DNA of 25,706 bases from a virus (taxonomy: Duplodnaviria; Caudoviricetes): the IMG/VR virus record IMGVR_UViG_3300020045_003397, positions 1-25,706 of that record; one strand, 5' to 3'. Below the pieces are notes generated by a model, which saw only the letters and a program-made list of their open reading frames with translations, was not told the DNA's origin and did not search any database. The translations under genes were made by a program, and so were the position numbers. This document shows, in pieces, positions 10,387 through 18,507 of this stretch. Position 1 is the stretch's first letter. Every line of letters begins with the position of its first letter.

Positions 10387-11081
10387 AAAAATACACCCTA
10401 CACATAATAATAACCGCATTACTTATTGCATTCGCTATCATGTACTTTGTTTGGGACGCACAACAAGCAAAACAACGCCGTGAAATTAGCGATTCAACGC
10501 TACAAATCGAACGACTTAACACACAATTGGCGATTGATTCAACCGTTATAAGTGGCAAAGATTCGATCTATCACAAACTGATTGCCGTTGCCAACGAATC
10601 AGAGAAAGACCGCAAGCGATTGAAGCGGGAAAACTCGCAGATATTAACAGCACTTGAAGCGGAGCGGGCAAGAGTGCAAGAGTTAAACGATTCTGAGGCG
10701 GTTGGTTGGTTCCTAGATTCGAACGGGGCTGAACACTATCCAGTCGTGAAATACGATTCTGCATACTTGATTCCGTTGGACGTAATTCAGTCGGCTAATA
10801 TGACCGCCGTGGAAGCACGTGGAATAGCTGAGTTAAACGTTAACCTATTGCAACAGGTAACAGGATTGGAAGGTGAATTAAGCGGTTGTAACGAGGCGTT
10901 AAAGAACCGTAACGAAGTGATTGACGTATTGAATCACAGTTCTGGCGTAAAGGATAAACAGATCGCAGAGGCACTTTCACAGGTTAAGGCTTCGGATAAG
11001 ATCGCACAGAAAGAAAAAGGAAAACGTATATTTTGGCAAGGCATTACAGGAGTTGCATTGATACTTGGTTTTGTGTTTTAG
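10383..11081 (+). CDS. Spanin-like coiled-coil membrane protein
   Basis: Follows the endolysin. N-terminal TM, long coiled coil, hydrophobic C-terminal tail. Confidence 0.55.
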   Translation: MKKYTLHIIITALLIAFAIMYFVWDAQQAKQRREISDSTLQIERLNTQLAIDSTVISGKDSIYHKLIAVANESEKDRKRLKRENSQILTALEAERARVQELNDSEAVGWFLDSNGAEHYPVVKYDSAYLIPLDVIQSANMTAVEARGIAELNVNLLQQVTGLEGELSGCNEALKNRNEVIDVLNHSSGVKDKQIAEALSQVKASDKIAQKEKGKRIFWQGITGVALILGFVF

Positions 11082-11104
11082 TTGGTTTGGTTTGGTTGAG
11101 TGTT

Positions 11105-11140
11105 ACCCCGTCCGGTTGTGGTTTTCCGGCGGGGTTTTTT
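11105..11140 (+). terminator. Rho-independent terminator ending the late operon
   Basis: ACCCCG(T)CCGG-loop-CCGGCGGGGT followed by a T run. Confidence 0.85.
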
Positions 11141-11142
11141 AT

Positions 11143-11241
11143 TGATATATGTCAATGGCTGATTGATAAGTATCATTGTAAATTAGTATAAATGTCAGCG
11201 GTAAATATTAGGATTGTATATACAATTGGTTGTACCTTTAC
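11143..11241 (+). promoter_or_regulatory. Early promoter/operator element, copy 1
   Basis: TGA-N6-TCA-type boxes at 11143, 11164 and 11186. Palindrome ATTGTATATACAAT at 11213-11226. TACCTTTAC (-7-like) at 11233. Confidence 0.7.
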
Positions 11242-11271
11242 TTCATCAAACAACAACTAAAACTAAACAAT

Positions 11272-11535
11272 ATGAACACACAATTCAACACAATCGAACA
11301 AATCTACAACAGTAAGGATATTGCTAATTCATCCGCTTACTTAGCCGCTTGCGAACAATTTGAAATCGAGGCTTCACAATTCGCCAATAATGAAAATGTT
11401 TTCTGCCGCAAATATGCAGAAGAAGTTAGCTTGGCATACGACAGGGCAAAACATGCAGATTGTTCCTACTCAGTATATGCAGAGGCTTATAAGGCTGAAA
11501 AATTATTGGAAAGAGCATGGAATAACGCAGATTAA
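11272..11535 (+). CDS. Hypothetical early protein (87 aa)
   Basis: ATG at 11272 after an A-rich leader is preferred, because the track's TTG start lies within the promoter element. Confidence 0.7.
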   Translation: MNTQFNTIEQIYNSKDIANSSAYLAACEQFEIEASQFANNENVFCRKYAEEVSLAYDRAKHADCSYSVYAEAYKAEKLLERAWNNAD

Positions 11536-11579
11536 TTATAAACCAAACAGCTGAGCCACCGGCTACACGGGCAAACAAA

Positions 11580-11720
11580 ATGATCTTAGACCAATTCGAG
11601 CGGATGCTATTAATCACAAATGATCAATCGTTATACGCAGCCCGATTAAGGCTAAAAATAGCAATACTGCATCTTAAAAGAGAAATTGAACGTTCAATCC
11701 TTAAAGTAATAAAACCATGA
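11580..11720 (+). CDS. Small hypothetical protein (46 aa; absent from ORF track)
   Basis: MILDQFERMLL...ILKVIKP*, with an ATGA overlap to the next gene. Confidence 0.55.
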   Translation: MILDQFERMLLITNDQSLYAARLRLKIAILHLKREIERSILKVIKP

Positions 11721-11989
11721 AACAAATAAACCTAAAACTACACCCACATCAGATCGACCTACTCAACCAGGTGGGCAACCGTTCGGAATACATCCGCACG
11801 TTGATCGAAAAAGACGCAAACAGCACGGTCAGGTTCAAGTATGCCGCTGACATTATCACGACTATGTGTGTTAAGGCAATGTCTGAGAAAACAGAACTGG
11901 AAATTATCTCGATGCTCGGATCAATGTTGGCGGGGCAAATGTCGGGGAACGATCAACTTGGGGTAATATTGGAAAGGGTGGGGAAATGA
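11717..11989 (+). CDS. Ribbon-helix-helix-like DNA-binding protein
   Basis: N-terminal KQINLKL strand then helices with NRSEYIRTLIEKD, a CopG/Arc-like pattern. Confidence 0.6.
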   Translation: MKQINLKLHPHQIDLLNQVGNRSEYIRTLIEKDANSTVRFKYAADIITTMCVKAMSEKTELEIISMLGSMLAGQMSGNDQLGVILERVGK

Positions 11990-12240
11990 ACAAGATAACA
12001 GGGAATGAACCAGCAATGCCGATTTATAGTGCAGAAGGATTACCAACCTATACATCTATGATGAATAAAGGCTACCCAGAGGCGACAGGCCTAACCATTC
12101 GCCAACAATTCGCAATGGCGGCTATGCAGGGATTACTTGCAAATCCAAATAAAGGGTATGCACTTATTGAAAGAATTGCCGTAGATGCAGTTATATATGC
12201 TGACGCACTTATTGACGAACTTAACAAATCAGAACAATGA
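11986..12240 (+). CDS. Conserved phage hypothetical protein
   Basis: GLTIRQQFAMAAMQGLLAN...AVIYADALIDEL, a motif common in phage early regions. Confidence 0.75.
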   Translation: MNKITGNEPAMPIYSAEGLPTYTSMMNKGYPEATGLTIRQQFAMAAMQGLLANPNKGYALIERIAVDAVIYADALIDELNKSEQ

Positions 12241-12488
12241 GCCACAGCAGCTATTACCACGGATCAGACAGTTATGTCGGCCGCTGCCCAATGTGCGACA
12301 GGCGAACCGGCACGTGTTACGATGAACTTTGCGAGGACTGTTTCAATGATAAACCAGTGATTTGTCCCCAGTGCGGCGACCACGTTCAACCGGACCAGAT
12401 GGAAGGTTCAATTTGCCGGTATTGTTTTGAGTTTGAACGTACGGGCAAAATGGAAGAGGTGGAAAGTGTTTGGAGTAGTATTCATTGA
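12237..12488 (+). CDS. Small zinc-finger-like protein
   Basis: Four CxxC pairs. ATGA overlap with the upstream gene. Confidence 0.65.
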   Translation: MSHSSYYHGSDSYVGRCPMCDRRTGTCYDELCEDCFNDKPVICPQCGDHVQPDQMEGSICRYCFEFERTGKMEEVESVWSSIH

Positions 12489-12502
12489 TAAATTAAAATG
12501 AT

Positions 12503-12673
12503 ATGAATACCCAAGACTGGATTTGCCCGAATTGTGGTTCAATATGGGGGTTCGATGAATGGCAATTTGAGCAATGTGATTGCTGCGGATATCCCGAATG
12601 CAAAGATTATAATGAAGATTTTGAATCGTATCAGGATATAGAGTTTGATAATCCATACAGTAGTATTTATTGA
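12503..12673 (+). CDS. Small zinc-ribbon-like acidic protein (56 aa; absent from ORF track)
   Basis: MNTQDWICPNCG...CDCCGYP...SSIY* by hand translation. Confidence 0.6.
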   Translation: MNTQDWICPNCGSIWGFDEWQFEQCDCCGYPECKDYNEDFESYQDIEFDNPYSSIY

Positions 12674-12742
12674 CAAATCTCAACCCAAACCCGCATAAAT
12701 GTCAGCGGATAAACAGAACAATGTATATACTTTTACCTTAAC
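12671..12742 (+). promoter_or_regulatory. Early promoter/operator element, copy 2
   Basis: TGACAAATCTCA at 12671, GCATAAATGTCA at 12693, TGTATATAC at 12722, TACCTTAAC at 12734. Shares ATAAATGTCAGCGG with copy 1. Confidence 0.6.
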
Positions 12743-12769
12743 TTAGCATAAAATTTAAAACCACAAAAT

Positions 12770-12955
12770 ATGAAACTTGAAATCGTAAAGTACCAAAATG
12801 ACAAACTTGAAGACCGTTGGAAAATCACAAAAGACGGCAGTTTTATCAATCTTTATTCCGTTGAATCGGAGGCCGTAACTGCATTTGATAAGTTAGTCGA
12901 AAGGTTAAAAGAACCAAAACTTACAGAAACCATTATTAAATCTGTTGAGATATGA
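12770..12955 (+). CDS. Hypothetical protein
   Basis: 61-aa ORF after the promoter element. ATGA overlap with the next gene. Confidence 0.7.
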   Translation: MKLEIVKYQNDKLEDRWKITKDGSFINLYSVESEAVTAFDKLVERLKEPKLTETIIKSVEI

Positions 12956-13581
12956 CTAACATAACCAAATTTCATGGCAACCTGGAACGCCTTGTAAAAC
13001 AGGACAAAATTATGGTAGCTCTGAATCAGGAGCCGCCGCAGGAGTGGGTAAAGCAGCACCCGTATATCAAAGATTTCAACTACCTTCCGATTGAGCGTGT
13101 GGAATGGTTGCTTCGTACTTTCTTCAAAACCAACTACAAAATTGAAGTTATCAAGACCGGAACCATACTGAACGCAATCGAGGTTACAGTTAGGGTACAT
13201 TACCGCGATATTGAATCCGGCGAATGGATGTATCACGATGGGGTTGGTGCAAAGGAAATACAAACCACTAAAGGAAGCGGTGGCCTGAACCTTGATTTGT
13301 CAAACATAAATAGGGGAGCTGTTGAAATGGCACTCCCTATTGCTAAGACTATTGCAATTAAGGATGCATGCGATCACTTAGGCCGGATATTCGGGAGTGA
13401 CTTGAACCGTAAGGGGCAGATGACTTATGCCGAAGACAGCAGGCTTCAGCCGATTGATATTAATAGCGAATTGTTCGTGAAGATGAAAGAGGCGGTTAAA
13501 AAAGGTACTCATACCATTGAACAGATTGAAAAGAAATATAACTTAACTGATGAGGTAAAGGAGGCGTTAAATGGAAAATAG
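12952..13581 (+). CDS. Single-strand annealing recombinase, Rad52/Sak-like
   Basis: YLPIERVEWLLRTFF, HDGVGA and AKTIAIKDACDHLGRIFGSDLNR motifs. Sits next to an exonuclease. Confidence 0.7.
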   Translation: MTNITKFHGNLERLVKQDKIMVALNQEPPQEWVKQHPYIKDFNYLPIERVEWLLRTFFKTNYKIEVIKTGTILNAIEVTVRVHYRDIESGEWMYHDGVGAKEIQTTKGSGGLNLDLSNINRGAVEMALPIAKTIAIKDACDHLGRIFGSDLNRKGQMTYAEDSRLQPIDINSELFVKMKEAVKKGTHTIEQIEKKYNLTDEVKEALNGK

Positions 13582-13747
13582 TGGAAGTATTATATACACA
13601 ATAGATTTTGGCGGAAATGTAAAAGCTAAAATTGAAGTACATGATAATAGCATTACTGTATTAAATGCTATGAATGGTTACGGTGACAATATAAGTCTTG
13701 ATGAAATAGATATTTCATTTATAATTAATCCATCTGAACTCTTATGA
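13571..13747 (+). CDS. Small hypothetical protein (58 aa; absent from ORF track)
   Basis: MENSGSIIYTIDFGG...NPSELL*, overlapping both neighbours. Confidence 0.6.
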   Translation: MENSGSIIYTIDFGGNVKAKIEVHDNSITVLNAMNGYGDNISLDEIDISFIINPSELL

Positions 13748-14334
13748 AACAATTTAAACTTCGTGCCTCCGCCGCTGGCACTCTAATACCAAACGGCAAA
13801 GGATCACTGCTATCAGTGGGTGGCAAAACATACCTGAAAGAGTGGGTAATATCACAACTCTACGGCGTTGAAAAGCAGATCAAATCAAAGTATATTGATA
13901 AGGGTGTGTTTCACGAAGATGAGGCAATAAGCCTGACCGTTAAAATGTTGAACATTGAATTTGCTTTGAAAAACGAGGCTAATTTTGAAGATGAGTATTT
14001 CACAGGAACGCCGGATATGATTCTGACGGATTCAATCATTGATATTAAGAACTCGTGGGATTGCTTTACATTCCCGTACTTGGAAACTGAAATACCAAAT
14101 TCAGATTACTTCTATCAGTTACAGGTTTATATGCACCTGACAGGCAAACGCAAAGCACAATTAGTTTATGTATTGTTGGACACTCCAGCGACACAATGGG
14201 ATGCCGGTATTATTTATAACGTGCCGGATAAAATGAGAATAAAGACGTTTGACGTTGAGTATGATGCTGAGGTTATCCAGCTACTGCAACGTAAAGTAAT
14301 TGAAGCAAGGGAATTTATTAACACTTTAATCTAA
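13744..14334 (+). CDS. YqaJ/lambda-exonuclease-like PD-(D/E)XK nuclease
   Basis: LRASA, GTPD...IIDIKNSW and YQLQVYM motifs. Confidence 0.85.
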   Translation: MKQFKLRASAAGTLIPNGKGSLLSVGGKTYLKEWVISQLYGVEKQIKSKYIDKGVFHEDEAISLTVKMLNIEFALKNEANFEDEYFTGTPDMILTDSIIDIKNSWDCFTFPYLETEIPNSDYFYQLQVYMHLTGKRKAQLVYVLLDTPATQWDAGIIYNVPDKMRIKTFDVEYDAEVIQLLQRKVIEAREFINTLI

Positions 14335-14398
14335 CCAAAACATCTGCGCTATCGGATTGACGGGCGACGATATGAGAGAAATAAAGTTATTTTTTTTG

Positions 14399-14406
14399 TA
14401 TATTTG
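14399..14406 (+). promoter_or_regulatory. Bacteroidota -7 promoter element upstream of the HNH gene
   Basis: TATATTTG matches TAnnTTTG and lies 4 nt before ATG 14411. Confidence 0.5.
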
Positions 14407-14410
14407 CATT

Positions 14411-14905
14411 ATGGAATGTAAATGCGGATACACAACAGAAAATAAAAAATCTTTTTCTAATCATATTAGATACGGATGTAAGTCTAAAGAGATATTATAC
14501 TTTTGTTTGCAATGTGGAGAAAAATTACCTATTAATATAAAGCCTAAAGATGGTAGGAAATTTTGTAATCACAGTTGTTACGCTATGTGGAGGGGTAATA
14601 ATTTAAAAGGCAAATACGCTCCTAATTACATAAATGGTAAATGCAATGAAAATTTATTGTTTAGAGCCTCATATGAATATAAGTATTGGAGGTTGTCTGT
14701 TTTTAAAAGAGATAATTTTACATGCGTTTTATGTGGGGACAATTCAGGAGGTAATCTTCAGGCGCATCACATAAAGGATTTTGCATTATTCCCAGAATTA
14801 AGATTAGACATAAATAACGGACAAACACTTTGTAAAAAATGTCATAAAAAAACAGAAAATCATGGATTTAAAAAATCAAACACAAAAAAGAGAAATAAAG
14901 TTTAG
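14411..14905 (+). CDS. HNH endonuclease with N-terminal Zn-binding motifs
   Basis: RDNFTCVLCG...AHHIK...NGQTLCKKCH. Flanked by 14-bp direct repeats. Confidence 0.9.
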   Translation: MECKCGYTTENKKSFSNHIRYGCKSKEILYFCLQCGEKLPINIKPKDGRKFCNHSCYAMWRGNNLKGKYAPNYINGKCNENLLFRASYEYKYWRLSVFKRDNFTCVLCGDNSGGNLQAHHIKDFALFPELRLDINNGQTLCKKCHKKTENHGFKKSNTKKRNKV

Positions 14906-15287
14906 AGGTTTACTTACACATAGTAAACTTACTGTGATTGGGAACCTAATTATTAGTAAAAACGGTAAACCATATATAATTCCTGCTGAAGTTTTTGAGC
15001 CAGATGGACACCATTTAATAATTGATTCAGATAATCCATTTTGGGTAGAACCTGAAACAATCTGCCAATTCACCGGATTATTAGACAAATCAGGGCTTGA
15101 AATTTATGAGGGTGATATAATTGACCACTATGCGCTACATGGATATGTTGTTTATGAAAACGGTATGTTTTCAATAAGCAGCAATGCAAACACACAATTC
15201 TGTAATTGCAAACAGCCTTTAGCATATCACGATGTTAGCGAAATGGAAGTTATCGGAAACATTCACCAAAACCCATCAATGTTATGA
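14862..15287 (+). CDS. YopX-family protein
   Basis: REIKFRG...PETICQFTGLLDKSGLEIYEGDII...EVIGNIHQNP. Confidence 0.88.
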   Translation: MDLKNQTQKREIKFRGLLTHSKLTVIGNLIISKNGKPYIIPAEVFEPDGHHLIIDSDNPFWVEPETICQFTGLLDKSGLEIYEGDIIDHYALHGYVVYENGMFSISSNANTQFCNCKQPLAYHDVSEMEVIGNIHQNPSML

Positions 15288-15550
15288 AAATACTATTCAT
15301 CAGCCTAACAGCAATAGCAGTAATAATCGGATTCGTGCTGTTCACATACAGGCATAGCCGTTACACAGAACGTGAAGAACGCATCAACATCGAAGCATGG
15401 CGCAAAGGATTGCAACGCGGAGACCTGGTTAACGTGCGGGGAATGGTTCACAGGATCGAGGCGCTGCACCCTAAAGGGGTTGTTGAATTGTTCCGGTATT
15501 CTGAGGAGAATTCATTTGCAACACTGGGGGAGTTTTGGCCGGTGGAGTGA
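15284..15550 (+). CDS. Hypothetical membrane-anchored protein
   Basis: N-terminal TM segment then an LQRGDLVNV SH3/KOW-like stretch. Confidence 0.6.
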   Translation: MKILFISLTAIAVIIGFVLFTYRHSRYTEREERINIEAWRKGLQRGDLVNVRGMVHRIEALHPKGVVELFRYSEENSFATLGEFWPVE

Positions 15551-15647
15551 TGAAAGGCCGCATCACACGCCGTGCATTTGGCGGCTTGTAACTAACGTTT
15601 GAAGGCTATGATTAGTTAACATTTTACCTCAAAAAACTCAAAATACA

Positions 15648-15860
15648 ATGTTAGAAATACCTTTTAATTGGGACTGTGAAAAAATTAGTTGGGTAAGGGG
15701 AAGAATTGCAAGCAGAATGATATGTGAGAACGCTAAATCTATTGAAGATTCTGAAATATAAAGAACGCTTATTGGCACTTGCTTGCCTACCAGGCTAATT
15801 GAAATTGCAAAAGAATGGAAAAGAGAAAATTATAATCAAATGCTAAAGGAAATAATATGA
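15648..15860 (+). pseudogene. 70-codon ORF interrupted by one in-frame TAA (15759-15761)
   Basis: The frame resumes after the TAA and ends at a TGA overlapping the next ATG. Confidence 0.5.
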
Positions 15861-16090
15861 AATACGGAATATTAAAAATAGGCGATGTTGTAAAATATAC
15901 TTCAGAGGCTAAACAAAGAATGCCGACAATCACAGATGATAAAGAATATACGGTTACAAATATTGACTGTGATGATTCACATGCTGACGGCATAAAAGAG
16001 GATGGTGACGAATGGTACGGAGCAGATATTTATTGGCTAAATAGAATTAGGAAAGGTAGTACGGCTGCTCACAAAACTAAAAAATGTTAA
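15857..16090 (+). CDS. Hypothetical SH3-like protein (unit 1 cargo)
   Basis: LKIGDVVKY...KEYTVTNID. The stop codon lies inside the right repeat arm. Confidence 0.65.
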   Translation: MKYGILKIGDVVKYTSEAKQRMPTITDDKEYTVTNIDCDDSHADGIKEDGDEWYGADIYWLNRIRKGSTAAHKTKKC

Positions 16091-16204
16091 TTAATTATAG
16101 CCTTTGTTAGCAATCAGTTGGCTATATTCTTGTCAGATACGATGCGAAGTTCGAGGATTGTAACTGCTGTTTTAAAAGACTTCGTAACAGCCAATTGTTG
16201 CTAA

Positions 16205-16817
16205 CGAATATAGCTAAATGCAGTGCTACCCTATGTTAAATTGAAAACGAAAAGTAATAGTTTAATATTTTTAACACGTACAACATGAAAAACGAACTTG
16301 AAAATTTAAAAGCAAGCATTCATATTATTATTGATTTTTTCGATAAAAGCAAACCGAGAAGTATTGAAAAAATGCACGAAATGATTGATGAAAAAATTGA
16401 TTCTTTCGTAAATGAGAAATTATTATCAATCATGTGGAATAAGTATTCAGAAACAAAACCAACAGAATCGGGTAGATATTTAGTTGTACATTATGGTAAA
16501 GTATGTACTGCCACATGGAATGAAGAATATAAGGCGTGGGATGTCAAATGGATTGAAGATGAAGATGGTGATATGATAGATATTGTTTATAATGAATCAA
16601 ATGTAACATACTGGTGTAAACTACCAGATAAACCAATTTGATCGCCTTGCAAATAAGGTGAACAAAGTATAAATGCTCGTTAACAAAAAATATTAAACTA
16701 TGGAATGTATGTTGCTAATTTTCATTGAGGTTGTGAACAGCGCATTGCATTTAGCTGATGTTATGCGCAGTTGTTTTATTAATCTTTCTTGGCTGCTAAT
16801 TTCACAATGGCGCATAA
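16205..16817. repeat. Cassette unit 2 (613 bp)
   Basis: Stem B 16212-16226/16742-16756. Inner perfect 16-bp IR 16257-16272/16686-16701. 59-bp stem A 16760-16818. Confidence 0.8.
16285..16641 (+). CDS. DUF551-like phage protein (unit 2 cargo)
   Basis: WNKYSETKP...GRYLV...VTYWCKLPDKP pattern. Confidence 0.7.
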   Translation: MKNELENLKASIHIIIDFFDKSKPRSIEKMHEMIDEKIDSFVNEKLLSIMWNKYSETKPTESGRYLVVHYGKVCTATWNEEYKAWDVKWIEDEDGDMIDIVYNESNVTYWCKLPDKPI

Positions 16818-17420
16818 CGGATACGCACATGCACAGGGCTACACATATTGAAATTGAAAAACAAAGTAAACAATAAATTAATTTTTTAACACGTCTTACC
16901 ATGAACAGAGAAATTAAATTCAGAGGTGCAAGAGTAGCAAATAATCAAATGATTTATGGCTATTTTGTAGTAGCTCCAAATGGAGAGCATCGCATTTATA
17001 TGCAGCCGTTCCCCGAAGCAACAAATAATACTTATTATAGCGTATGGAATAATTCTGTTAGTCAGTTTACAGGGCAACAAGATTGTAACGATAAAGATAT
17101 TTATGAGGGTGATATTATAAAAACCGGAACAGATAAAGTGATGTGTGTAAGATGGAGCCAAAAACATGCATCATTTGTGATTGATCGTGAAGGCTGGGCT
17201 TTTCTGCATTATTTTGGAGAAGCGTTTGATGGCAAAGATTGCGAGGTAATTGGCAATAAATTCGAGAATCCGGAATTGCTCGTTAACAAAAATTAATTTA
17301 TTGTGATGATAAACGACCGCTATTTTATTGTTGCTGTGAACTATGCCTTGTGTATGTGCGGTGTTATGCGCCGTTGTTCCTTTTCTTCTTTTTGGCTGCT
17401 AACCTTACAATGGCGCATAA
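16818..17420. repeat. Cassette unit 3 (603 bp)
   Basis: Stem B 16824-16839/17345-17360. Inner perfect 17-bp IR 16870-16886/17288-17304. 59-bp stem A 17363-17421. Confidence 0.8.
16901..17296 (+). CDS. YopX-family protein (unit 3 cargo)
   Basis: MNREIKFRG...SQFTGQQDCNDKDIYEGDII...EVIGNKFENPELL. Confidence 0.88.
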   Translation: MNREIKFRGARVANNQMIYGYFVVAPNGEHRIYMQPFPEATNNTYYSVWNNSVSQFTGQQDCNDKDIYEGDIIKTGTDKVMCVRWSQKHASFVIDREGWAFLHYFGEAFDGKDCEVIGNKFENPELLVNKN

Positions 17421-17880
17421 CAGACCGGCGCTATATGAAGTTTATTCTTTTCCCTTAATCAACTCAAACATCAAAAAAAATAAAATTATGGCACTAACTA
17501 CCTACATGAATATTGGAGAATTAGAAAATTACTCCAAAATTGAAGATAAAAATTTGGATGAACTATTTCAGGAGGTAAGAGCAATATTCCCTCAATATTA
17601 TGTTCAGGAATATTTATTTACCATTTCGAGTGGTTTTTGGAAAACCGAAAAGGTGAGAAGATACACGGTTTATAATGATTTAGGTTGTGAAGCTCAAATA
17701 TTGATGTTACCAGGCCAGTATATTACCGCTTCTGGACTAATAGCATTCTTTTTAGGGCTAATAAACGGAGCAAAGAATAAAAGTATGGCTGCTCAGATCG
17801 CTCAAAAAGAATAAATTACATATAGCGCCTGTTAGTTACAGGCCGCATCACACGCCGTGCATCGGGCGGCTTGTAACTAA
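17421..17880. repeat. Cassette unit 4 (460 bp)
   Basis: Stem B 17427-17451/17805-17829. 51-bp stem A 17831-17881. Confidence 0.8.
17488..17814 (+). CDS. Hypothetical protein (unit 4 cargo, 108 aa)
   Basis: ATG 17488 follows an A-rich leader. The track's longer version runs through repeat arms. Confidence 0.7.
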   Translation: MALTTYMNIGELENYSKIEDKNLDELFQEVRAIFPQYYVQEYLFTISSGFWKTEKVRRYTVYNDLGCEAQILMLPGQYITASGLIAFFLGLINGAKNKSMAAQIAQKE

Positions 17881-18507
17881 CAGATGGCGCTATACGCAGG
17901 CCGACCCGTCAAACTATCAACTAAATCACTCAATTAACTAACCGGCTTGCGTACAGCGTTTGTTAGTTGTAGTAAAAAACCGGACATCAAAATACACGTT
18001 TTACCTAATAATTGAAAAACTATGAAAACAAGAGAAGAATTTTTATTACCAGTAATGCCAATAATATTAGAGAGCAAAATTTCGAGAAAAGAAAAAACAG
18101 ATTTACTGTTGGGTTTAATGCATGACTACGCTATTGAGTATGCAACGAAATTTGTAGAATTTCTAATTGAAAATTCAGATGTTAAAAATAAAAAAGACAA
18201 AACAGTAATCACGATTGACTTTGATAAATTAAAAGCAATTGATTTCGATAAATATATCAACAATAACGAATATCCAAAAGCGAATTTAAGAGAAACCGTA
18301 GTAATTGATCATTCCGGAGTAAATAAATTAAAGCCACAAGAGTGGACATTTACATCAGGAACCGGAGTTGTCGATAGCTACGAAACTAAATATAAAAAGT
18401 GCATTGAGGTAATTAAGAGGTTCGATCCTGGAATTATTGGCATGTACGATTTGTAGCTGGTCGCCGAACCCGCACGTTAACTCGTCCGGTTTGTTTATTA
18501 CAACTAA
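17881..18507. repeat. Cassette unit 5 (627 bp)
   Basis: Empty stem B 17886-17903/17943-17960. Stem A 17962-17985/18484-18508 encloses the cargo. Confidence 0.8.
18022..18456 (+). CDS. Hypothetical protein (unit 5 cargo)
   Basis: 144-aa ORF with an A-rich leader. Confidence 0.7.
   Translation: MKTREEFLLPVMPIILESKISRKEKTDLLLGLMHDYAIEYATKFVEFLIENSDVKNKKDKTVITIDFDKLKAIDFDKYINNNEYPKANLRETVVIDHSGVNKLKPQEWTFTSGTGVVDSYETKYKKCIEVIKRFDPGIIGMYDL

Larger units (their letters stand above)
15596..16204. repeat. Cassette unit 1 (609 bp)
   Basis: Stem B 15602-15625/16081-16104 encloses the cargo. Empty stem A 16106-16123/16189-16205. Confidence 0.8.

Noticed and set aside
14357-14410. TTG start and N-terminal extension of the HNH gene
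   Set aside because: This stretch holds the relic YopX start and a promoter-like element. ATG 14411 is more plausible.
15372-15602. 76-aa ORF crossing the array boundary
   Set aside because: It overlaps the 15284-15550 gene out of frame and reads through the hairpin repeat.
15759-15761. Stop codon reassignment
   Set aside because: TAA, TAG and TGA all end well-supported genes, and the long genes are intact under the standard code.
17350-17487. N-terminal extension of the unit 4 cargo in the ORF track
   Set aside because: It runs through repeat arms and a hairpin. ATG 17488 has the A-rich leader typical of this genome.
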